Positions 1 to 7,406 of a stretch of 41,983 nt of DNA are shown piece by piece. Within the stretch, counting starts at the first letter, position 1. Every line of letters begins with the position of its first letter. A model generated the notes under the pieces. It was not told the DNA's origin. It ran no database searches and was given only the letters and a program-made list of their open reading frames with translations. A program made the position numbers and the translations under genes. Source of the stretch: a virus (lineage: Duplodnaviria; Caudoviricetes); IMG/VR virus record IMGVR_UViG_3300040734_000097, positions 1 to 41,983 of that record; one strand, given 5' to 3'.

Positions 1-378
1 GGGTCGGCCTTTCAAAAAAACAAGAGAACTGCTTTTAAGCTTCATTTTTTAAACCACAGAGAAAAGCAGAGAAAAGCAGAGGGATATCTGAAACACAGAA
101 GAACAGAGAAACAAAGAAATCTTGTGCAATCCTATATTATTTCGGTGCTTTCGGTGTTCTCGGTGATTCATATTTCAGTGTTTTCAGTGGTTAAGTATTA
201 AATCCGTGTGAATCTTTGTTCCAGTTCATTTTCACCCTCAACCCTGTCCACTCTCCCCTAAAGGGCGAGGGGTAGTAAAGATTGCTACTTTTACCACAAG
301 CTTCTGGCTCTGTTTCACCTTTTCACCTTTTCACTTTTCCACCGACTCCAACACTCCATCACTCCATAACTCCAGCAC

Positions 379-1014
379 TCACTGTCCCTCATACACCTTC
401 TGAAACTCCTGCAAGTCTTTCCAGGCTTCGCCTTTCCAGTTGGGATTGCGCAACAGGGCTGCGGGGTGATAGGTTACAAAAGCGGGAATACCCATGAATT
501 CATGTGCTTTACCCCGGTGCCAACCAAGGGTATTGCTGTTGCCAAGCAAGCTTTGTGCGGCCACCAGGCCCATCAGTAGTAATAGTTTGGGCTGAACTAT
601 CTCTATCTGTTCCACCAGATAGGGCAGGCAGGCCAGGCGTTCCGCTTGTTCAGGATTTCGGTTTCCGGGAGGACGGCATTTCACGATATTGGCGATGTAA
701 ACTTCTTCCCTGTGGATCTTTATCGCGATCAGCATTTTATCCAGAAGGTTGCCTGCTGCTCCCACAAAGGGTCTGCCACTCAGGTTTTCCTGTTCTCCAG
801 GGCCTTCACCGATAACCATCACTTTGGCGTCGGGATTGCCTTCCCCGTAAACGAATTTAATGCGACCTGTATGCAGCGGGCACAAGGTGCAGGTGGCATA
901 TTTTTGGCTTAGAGAGGCCAGTTGGGCGGCTTTCTGGTTTTCGGGACAGTAAAGATGGTTTATCCCACTGTTTTTCAACAACTCCAGATACTGGCGCAGA
1001 GCGCGGGAGGACAT
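379..1014 (-). CDS. udg: Uracil-DNA glycosylase, family 4
   Basis: CxxCxL Fe-S motif, GEGPG, PFVGAAG, NIVKCRPPGNR and TYHPAALLR motifs. Confidence 0.93.
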   Translation of the reverse strand: MSSRALRQYLELLKNSGINHLYCPENQKAAQLASLSQKYATCTLCPLHTGRIKFVYGEGNPDAKVMVIGEGPGEQENLSGRPFVGAAGNLLDKMLIAIKIHREEVYIANIVKCRPPGNRNPEQAERLACLPYLVEQIEIVQPKLLLLMGLVAAQSLLGNSNTLGWHRGKAHEFMGIPAFVTYHPAALLRNPNWKGEAWKDLQEFQKVYEGQ

Positions 1015-1018
1015 TCAG

Positions 1019-1423
1019 CTACAGGTCGTCGTCTTCGTCGTTGTCTTCGGCTTCGGAGAAGAAATCTTCGTCCTCGTCCTCATCCTCATCTTCAAAAGGA
1101 TCCAGGCCTTCTTCGCCAAGGTCTTCGATGAATCTTTCGGAATCGTCTATGGTTTCTTCGCCTTCTTCGGGGCCTTCATCATCCTGGAAGGGCGAGGCTT
1201 CCTGTTGAGCAGCCAGTTCAGCTTCAGCCAGTTCGGTGATATAATCAGGAACATCATTGTCGGCTACGTGTTCCATAGACAGCACGGAGATCTTTTTCGC
1301 AAATTTATGCTTCACGTAGGTGGGAAACTGGTTCAGCCTTTGGGCTTCCAGCTTGGATAGCAGGCAGAACAGATAGTTCATGTCCACTTTTTCGAGAAAG
1401 TTCTCGATCTTTTCATTGATCAT
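1019..1423 (-). CDS. Hypothetical protein with very acidic C-terminal tail
   Basis: 134-aa ORF overlapping the gmk stop and ending 4 nt before udg; D/E-rich tail. Confidence 0.75.
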   Translation of the reverse strand: MINEKIENFLEKVDMNYLFCLLSKLEAQRLNQFPTYVKHKFAKKISVLSMEHVADNDVPDYITELAEAELAAQQEASPFQDDEGPEEGEETIDDSERFIEDLGEEGLDPFEDEDEDEDEDFFSEAEDNDEDDDL

Positions 1424-2046
1424 AGGGTTGTCTCCTGTGTTAAAAAGCCGTTTACCGGATTCTCATAGCGTGAAACCCGGTTTTCTTCGGCTCGGATAAT
1501 GGCCAGTACGTCTTCCACAGCCAAGCTAAGGTCATCGTTTATCACCAGATAATCGTAATGTGGAATGAAGTTTAATTCGTCCCTGGCGATCTTGAGGCGT
1601 TTGGCGATTTCCTCATCGCTATCAGTTGCCCGGGTGACGAGCCTGTCCTTCAGAACCTCCATGGATGGAGGAATTATGAAGATCTTCACGAAAGGAATAT
1701 CAGTGGCGCTGATCAGAGTGGCACCCTGCACATCGATATCCATGATCACGTGGTGGCGAGCCGCCAAGCGTGTTTTAATGTAGCTGATCGAGGTGCCATA
1801 CCAGTTCCCAAATACCCGGGCGTGTTCCAGAAAATCTCCTGCATCGATGCGCCGCAAAAATTCCTGTTCATCCACAAAGTGATAATGAACGCCATTTTGC
1901 TCAACTCCACGTGGTTTACGAGTCGTGAATGATACCGAATAGTCGATGTTATCCGTAATCTTCAGGATTTCATTCAGGATCGTGCTTTTCCCTCCTCCCG
2001 AAGGAGCGGAAAGAATGATCAGGAAATTGCTGCTTTTTGCTATCAC
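1420..2046 (-). CDS. gmk: Guanylate kinase
   Basis: SAPSGGGKST P-loop, SFTTRKPRGVE, YHFV, GNWYGT and DIDVQGA motifs. Confidence 0.96.
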   Translation of the reverse strand: MIAKSSNFLIILSAPSGGGKSTILNEILKITDNIDYSVSFTTRKPRGVEQNGVHYHFVDEQEFLRRIDAGDFLEHARVFGNWYGTSISYIKTRLAARHHVIMDIDVQGATLISATDIPFVKIFIIPPSMEVLKDRLVTRATDSDEEIAKRLKIARDELNFIPHYDYLVINDDLSLAVEDVLAIIRAEENRVSRYENPVNGFLTQETTL

Positions 2047-2073
2047 TCTGGCGTGTAATTCTTGAGGGGTGCT

Positions 2074-2454
2074 TTACTCGGGAATTATTTTTTGGTATTC
2101 CACGGGGGAAAGCAGGTTTTCCAACTCTTCAGGATTGGAAAGACGAACCTTAACCAGCCAGCCTTCTTCAAAAGCCGATTTGTTGATCAGGTCGGGACTG
2201 TCTTCCAGATCACCGTTTTTTTCTTCCACAATGCCGCTGACCGGGCTGATCAGGTCTTCCACAGCCTTCACAGCTTCGATTGAACCACAGGGTTCGCCAG
2301 CCGAAACCTTAGCGCCAACTTCAGGAAGCTCCACAAACACAATGTCGCCCAATTCATGCTGGGCAAAATCACTGATTCCGATGGTGGCAATATCACCTTC
2401 CACCCGAATCCATTCATGGCTTTCGGTATAGAGCAGATCGTCTTGGATAATCAT
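2074..2454 (-). CDS. gcvH: Glycine cleavage system H protein
   Basis: YTESHEW, GISDFAQHELGDIVFVELP and IEAVKA (lipoyl Lys). Start moved to ATG 2454, which follows a GGAGGA RBS. Confidence 0.95.
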   Translation of the reverse strand: MIIQDDLLYTESHEWIRVEGDIATIGISDFAQHELGDIVFVELPEVGAKVSAGEPCGSIEAVKAVEDLISPVSGIVEEKNGDLEDSPDLINKSAFEEGWLVKVRLSNPEELENLLSPVEYQKIIPE

Positions 2455-2747
2455 CTTTTCCTCCATAAAATATGGGTTTTTATATTTTTTCCCCAAGTCT
2501 TGCAAGGGCAGTTTTGTGTCAAGAACAATGTCCTTATCCACTCCACTCTCGCCATCCCGCTGCCTCGCATTATCCTCCCAACTGCCACCCTAATCCCATT
2601 GGCGTGGTATTCGGGTGGCACCCGGGTGGATACTGGGCGGCGAGAATGCAGGATGTATTGGGCTCATTCTTTTCATAAGATGCAATATCACCTTGTAACT
2701 TCATTTACTTTGTTACCCCAATCTCTGTCCCCTTGTGTTTCCCCCAG

Positions 2748-3074
2748 CTACTTACCCTTTTTCTTCTTCGGTAATGGCACTTCCGGTGTCGTGATTCTGA
2801 TCAGTTCGCTCAGCCAAACCTCATCATCCCAGTTATCCTCAGGAATCAGAAACCAGTTTTTGGCTCCCGGATAGGGTGGCGCTTCCTCCACTTCATCCAA
2901 AAAGTTGCGTCCCGCCTGGGTCGGCTTTACGAACAGCATATCGTCGCACACCAACGCCACCATCTTTTCATCGCTATAGATGCCATACTCTCCGAACATC
3001 TTCAGTGAACGCAGCTCTCCTGCATCCCTTAGCTGTCCCAGCAGATACTCCACAGTTTCTTGTTTTGAGGCCAT
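2748..3074 (-). CDS. TfoX N-terminal domain protein
   Basis: KMFGEYGIY...ALVCDDMLFVKPT...PPYPGAK pattern typical of TfoX_N proteins. Confidence 0.85.
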   Translation of the reverse strand: MASKQETVEYLLGQLRDAGELRSLKMFGEYGIYSDEKMVALVCDDMLFVKPTQAGRNFLDEVEEAPPYPGAKNWFLIPEDNWDDEVWLSELIRITTPEVPLPKKKKGK

Positions 3075-3463
3075 TGATACTCCTTATCTTAGAATGATGA
3101 AACTATTTATAACGCACTTTCCTGATTCCCTATTTGACTGTCTACAGTTTTATTTGGAGTTGCTATCCAAGATTAGAAGCAAAGAGAATTACTATAGCAC
3201 TGAGAGAATTTTGCCTTCTTATTAAATAGAAGTGTTGCTCAAAATCAACAGTTCGGGAATCTTGGCTTCCAGCGATCCTTTTGTAATGGGTGCTTCTTGG
3301 CTTGACCAATTTCCAGGTGCTCATTTGTGTCATTTCATAGTCGTGAATAGATGAAATTACTTCTTGACATCAAATCGAAAACATCCATTATGTAATCAGG
3401 ACGGATTCAATCTGTACATGAAGTTATAGACCTTTTAAATAAAAAACACATTAGGAGAGACTA

Positions 3464-5425
3464 ATGAAAACAAAGCTTATTCTCTTGGTTATAGGGCTGA
3501 TCTTAGCATTTGCGATCTATGCTCAAACAAATGCCGTGGCATTTGATGGCGTGGATGATCACGTTCAGGTAGCCACTTCGCTTGGCATCTCCAATACCTA
3601 CACTGTGGAAGGATGGTTCTATCCCACAAGCTTGACGGGTCCAACAGACATAGATGTTTTTGGAAGAACCCTTTTTTCAGCATCAAACATTTCTGGATCT
3701 TATCCTCTCTGGCTTACTCTGCTAAATGGAAATTTATTGTTGAGAACCTGGACAGGTAGTTCCACCGATCAGACAATTAATGCAGGAATTTCCACCAATC
3801 AATGGTATCACATTGCAGTAACCTCCACAAAAGGTGGAACTACCAGGCTGTATTTAAATGGAAGCCAGATTCACAGTTATACAAATGCAAATACAACTAC
3901 CTGGCCTTCCACCTTTACAATAGGAGCTATACGACCTTCACGACCCACTTCAAACCTGCCTTTTCAGGGAAGGATAGATGAGGTAAGGGTTTGGAATACA
4001 GTCCTGTCCGAAAGCGATATTCAAAACAACATGTTCATAAACATCGCTTCACCTCCTGCAAGCCTGGTAGGTTATTGGAAATTCAACGAAAGCTCTGGGA
4101 CAACAGCATATGACAGTGCAGGAACAGCTCAAAACGGAACTCTGGCAAATGGAGCCGCTTTCAATACGAATGGCTTTGTGCAAGGATTGTATTACCGCGC
4201 CCGAGCCAATGGGAACTGGAATTCAGCATCAACCTGGCAAGCCTCAACCGACGGTTCCACCTGGAACAATGCGGTATTCTATCCGGTATTGCCCACTTTG
4301 GTGTATATCCCCAGCGGATATACAGTAACGCTGAACTCCAATGCAAAATGCCAGAACCTCACAATGGATGGTGGAACATTAAGTATGGGTACATATTCCC
4401 TGACCGTGGATGGGATCTATACCCAGAATTCAGGATCTATAACCGGCAGCACTCCAACGACTGACGGCTATTCCTCCGACCCGAACTATCTGGAGATTAC
4501 TGAAAATGGAACAGCCATCACTGGTTTTTCTGCCTCCACCTCTCTGGGAAGCAATCTCCCTGCCAAGATAGACCGTCAGTGGTCTATTACTGGCAGTTTT
4601 GCCGGGAATAAAACTGCTACCTTCTATTGGGATGCCGCTGACGATGGCAATTTTAACTGGGGAGCTGTGGTTCCGTCAGTATACAAAGGTGCCACCGAAT
4701 ACACCCAAACTGCCTATGACGTAGTTTCGGATCCGCGCTGGGTAACGGTAAGCCTTCCCTCGTTCGATGCCAAGGCCACCTACACCATTGGCGCAGCAAA
4801 TGACGAAACCCTGCCTGTGGAATTATCCTCCTTTACCGCAGTGCTCACAGCCGACTTCTTTGTGAAGCTGCATTGGGTTACCCAATCCGAAACGGGAGTT
4901 AGCGGTTTCTACGTGTATCGCGGCAGCAGCAGCGACTTGAGCGTTGCCTCCAGAATTAGCCCCATGATCAATGCCACCAATACCACTGCTTTGCAGGAAT
5001 ATGAATATACCGACTTCGAGCTTTACGAACCGGGCACCTATTACTACTGGCTGCAGGTTCAGGATATGGATGGCGGACTGATTTATCATGGCCCCACCAC
5101 AGTGTATTTCGACAACAGCAACAATAGTGGAATTCCCGGAATTCCGGTTCGCACCGGTTTCACCTCCGTGTATCCCAATCCCTTCAATCCCAGAACCACC
5201 ATCAGCTATGGGATCACCAAAGCCGGAGACGTCAGCTTCAAGATCTATAACCAAAAAGGTCAGTTGGTGAAGAGCTTCAACGAAGCCCAGAAAGCCATTG
5301 GTTACTGGAAACTGGATTGGGATGGAACCGATACAAACGGCAGAACCTGCCCTACCGGAGTTTACTACGTAAAAATGCACACCGGCAACCAGGACTACCT
5401 GACCAAAGCAGTGCTGCTTAAATAA
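3464..5425 (+). CDS. Secreted LamG/ConA-like domain protein with C-terminal FlgD-Ig (T9SS-CTD-like) domain
   Basis: Signal peptide ending IYA|Q; LamG motifs (WYHIAVT, LYLNG, FQGRIDEVRVWN); LPVELSSFTA and YPNPFNP...WDG...GVY C-terminus; AGGAG RBS. Confidence 0.88.
   Translation: MKTKLILLVIGLILAFAIYAQTNAVAFDGVDDHVQVATSLGISNTYTVEGWFYPTSLTGPTDIDVFGRTLFSASNISGSYPLWLTLLNGNLLLRTWTGSSTDQTINAGISTNQWYHIAVTSTKGGTTRLYLNGSQIHSYTNANTTTWPSTFTIGAIRPSRPTSNLPFQGRIDEVRVWNTVLSESDIQNNMFINIASPPASLVGYWKFNESSGTTAYDSAGTAQNGTLANGAAFNTNGFVQGLYYRARANGNWNSASTWQASTDGSTWNNAVFYPVLPTLVYIPSGYTVTLNSNAKCQNLTMDGGTLSMGTYSLTVDGIYTQNSGSITGSTPTTDGYSSDPNYLEITENGTAITGFSASTSLGSNLPAKIDRQWSITGSFAGNKTATFYWDAADDGNFNWGAVVPSVYKGATEYTQTAYDVVSDPRWVTVSLPSFDAKATYTIGAANDETLPVELSSFTAVLTADFFVKLHWVTQSETGVSGFYVYRGSSSDLSVASRISPMINATNTTALQEYEYTDFELYEPGTYYYWLQVQDMDGGLIYHGPTTVYFDNSNNSGIPGIPVRTGFTSVYPNPFNPRTTISYGITKAGDVSFKIYNQKGQLVKSFNEAQKAIGYWKLDWDGTDTNGRTCPTGVYYVKMHTGNQDYLTKAVLLK
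4550..4628 (+). repeat. 79-bp near-identical direct repeat, copy 1 (copy 2 at 41905-41983)
   Basis: Direct comparison gives 78/79 identity, in the same reading frame (SNLPAKIDRQWSITGSFAGNKTATFY). Confidence 0.92.
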
Positions 5426-5456
5426 GCCATAAACCAAACAACAAGATAAAACAATT

Positions 5457-5486
5457 AACCCCGGTTACAATGACCGGGGTTTTTTT
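5457..5486 (+). terminator. Rho-independent terminator
   Basis: AACCCCGGT/ACCGGGGTT stem followed by a T run, just downstream of the 3464-5425 gene. Confidence 0.85.
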
Positions 5487-5606
5487 GCGAGACACCTTGT
5501 CCTTTACATCAATGTATTGTGTTCATGCACTCAGTCAAAATGGTAGTATCAACGAGAAGTCAGATGAATTGCTAAACCCTTAAAAACAAGTATTGATACC
5601 AAGCAG

Positions 5607-5764
5607 TGTACAAAGTATCACCCAAACCTGCAAATGAGTATCACTTGTCACAGTGGTCGTAAGGCTTTATGAATTGGGGATATAGATAGGACTGGCTTTA
5701 GACTGTGTCATAGCGTCATTTGGACGTTTCTGGACGTTTCTGTATCACCATTCCTGCAAATATG
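5607..5764 (+). repeat. Prophage left end with putative transposase-binding sites
   Basis: TG terminus at 5607; GTATCAC-N-CTGCAAAT units with cores at 5628-5635 and 5754-5761, inverted relative to the right-end repeats. Confidence 0.75.
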
Positions 5765-5813
5765 CGCTGTTTTTTAGACTGGTTTCAGATCATCAGATTT
5801 TTGGGAGGGGTCA

Positions 5814-6548
5814 TCAGATTTTGTGGACTCGCAACTGGAGTGCAAGGGGGCCGACCATGGTTAGCGAGTCAGTCTGATCTGAGTCTATAATAAGAACCCG
5901 AAAGTCTTTATTGAGCGGTTGGAGGATAACTCCTTTGCGTGTCTCATCGTACTGAATCCTTTTCAGGGTAATGCCTCCCTCGAATCTGACAGCACAGATT
6001 CTACCATCTGTGTTCTCCCAGTCATACTGCTTTTTGATCAGCACAATATCATCATGTAGGATCTGCGGCTCCATACTGGCACCATTAACCCGGAAGGCAA
6101 TGTAGGAGTCCGTGCCATGTGGAAGATACCTGGTTGGAACTTCGACAGAATCCGCCGGAACATAGTCGTCTCTCACTTCCATAGGTTCTCCAGCGGATAT
6201 TTCCGCCACGATCGGGAACATTGAAGTACGCACGTAAGTTCTATCAAAATCATTGACTAAGGTGGGCTTGCCATCGATGACCTGCACCTTCTTGGTAGTC
6301 CTCACATCGGGTCCGAGTTCCCAGGGAGCCTGGATGAACATGCTGCCTTCTGCTCGGAGTAGCCAGTTCACATTGATCCCGTTCTCGACCAGTTTTGCCA
6401 AGAATTCCGGGTCGGGGTAACGGGTATTACTCTTGTATCTCGCCATCGAATTGGTCGAGATACCAAACTTTTTTTCAAATTCGTAATTCTTCAAATTCAA
6501 TGCTTTTACCAGCATTCCGAGCCTTGTTCCAATGTCTTCTGCCTTCAT
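5814..6548 (-). CDS. Phage repressor (XRE HTH plus S24 peptidase)
   Basis: N-terminal HTH, AG cleavage site (ISAGEP), catalytic Ser (VNGASMEP) and Lys (TLKR); divergent from the early operon. Confidence 0.92.
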   Translation of the reverse strand: MKAEDIGTRLGMLVKALNLKNYEFEKKFGISTNSMARYKSNTRYPDPEFLAKLVENGINVNWLLRAEGSMFIQAPWELGPDVRTTKKVQVIDGKPTLVNDFDRTYVRTSMFPIVAEISAGEPMEVRDDYVPADSVEVPTRYLPHGTDSYIAFRVNGASMEPQILHDDIVLIKKQYDWENTDGRICAVRFEGGITLKRIQYDETRKGVILQPLNKDFRVLIIDSDQTDSLTMVGPLALQLRVHKI

Positions 6549-6575
6549 TACTCCCCCTTCAGGGCTTATTTTCGC

Positions 6576-6603
6576 TTGACTCTTGCCCTATGGGTATTAT
6601 AGT
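6576..6603 (+). promoter_or_regulatory. Putative early (lytic) sigma70 promoter
   Basis: TTGACT-16-TATAGT with CCTATGGGTAT in the spacer. Confidence 0.55.
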
Positions 6604-6615
6604 GTATCTGTGAAC

Positions 6616-6644
6616 AATGTAAATACCCATTAGGTTCACGTCAA
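6616..6644 (-). promoter_or_regulatory. Putative repressor promoter
   Basis: Minus strand TTGACG-17-TACATT with CCTAATGGGTAT in the spacer. Confidence 0.55.
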
Positions 6645-6837
6645 GAACTAAATTTTATAGTGTGTTTCAGCGGCGGATTAATCCGGCGGTCTCAGGAGTT
6701 TTTCAAATAGTGCTGGAAACGGCAGAAAGGACTTCCCAAGTTATTGCAGGTCAGTTATGTAGAGACCAACAATAATATGCGGGAGGCGCTTATGAAAGCG
6801 ACTACTTACGAGACTGAAGACCGGGGCAGAAAAGCAG

Positions 6838-7027
6838 AGCACTGTGACAAATTAAATACTGAGAAATATGTCACAGTGCTTTCCGTTTGGGCGAATACAC
6901 CGCCAATGCTGATTACGAGACGATTTGAGCACTGTGACAAATTAAAATGCCGGAATTATGTCGCAGTGGTCGCTAAGCAGGGGGGCACTGTGACAAATAA
7001 AACCCCCGGGAAATATGTCACAGTGCT
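6838..7027. repeat. Three spaced palindromes GCACTGTGACA-N19/20-TGTCACAGTGC (operator/enhancer-like)
   Basis: Units at 6838-6880, 6928-6970 and 6984-7027, read directly; unit 2 right arm is TGTCGCAGTGGT. Confidence 0.9.
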
Positions 7028-7064
7028 TGTCCCGGTAACCGAGTTTTATTGGAAGAGGCTAAGA

Positions 7065-7406
7065 ATGAGCAAACGCAAGATCAAGGCGGTCTGGCTGACG
7101 GTGGAACGGGTGGCTGAGTTAATGCAGCGTTCCAACCGGACAGTCTGGCGCTTTGTACAGGAGAATAAGTTAACGGTGCATAAACAGCAGGTGAGTCAGA
7201 ACGGGAGCAAGACTGTAAAATCTTTCCTGCTCACCAGCCCCGAGTTGCTGACTATGGAGATGCGGAACTGTGAACAGCAGAGGGTGCTGCCGGAGCTCTT
7301 TATCGAAAAGAGAGTGGAGATTGCCGGCAAACCGGTAAACAGCGCTTTGATCTACCAATACAGGAAGAGCACAGAGGAGGAGGGAGGCTATTATGAATCT
7401 TTATGA
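7065..7406 (+). CDS. HTH DNA-binding early protein in the ner position; possible longer form from ATG 6792
   Basis: WLTVERVAELMQRSNRTVWR HTH; in-frame ATGs at 6792 (GGGAGG RBS) and 7065 (GAGG RBS); overlaps the transposase start. Confidence 0.7.
   Translation: MSKRKIKAVWLTVERVAELMQRSNRTVWRFVQENKLTVHKQQVSQNGSKTVKSFLLTSPELLTMEMRNCEQQRVLPELFIEKRVEIAGKPVNSALIYQYRKSTEEEGGYYESL

Noticed and set aside
2455-2700. Glycine riboswitch upstream of gcvH
   Set aside because: Conserved GGAGA, CCGAAG and CTCTCAGG motifs were not found on the minus strand.
4550-4628. DGR template/variable repeat pair with 41905-41983
   Set aside because: Only one synonymous mismatch, both copies are coding, and no reverse transcriptase is present.
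5513-5565. Alternative left end TGTATTGTGT, resembling Mu attL and the first 10 nt of the right end
   Set aside because: The match decays after 10 nt and gives no target duplication (ATCAA vs GTGAT); 5607 aligns over about 37 nt. Not fully excluded.
6674-6685. Perfect palindrome CGGATTAATCCG in the early leader
   Set aside because: Single short copy with no supporting evidence.
6838-7027. Possible mini-CRISPR or invertible-segment sites
   Set aside because: Irregular spacing, inverted-pair layout, and no recombinase or invertase gene recognised in the window.
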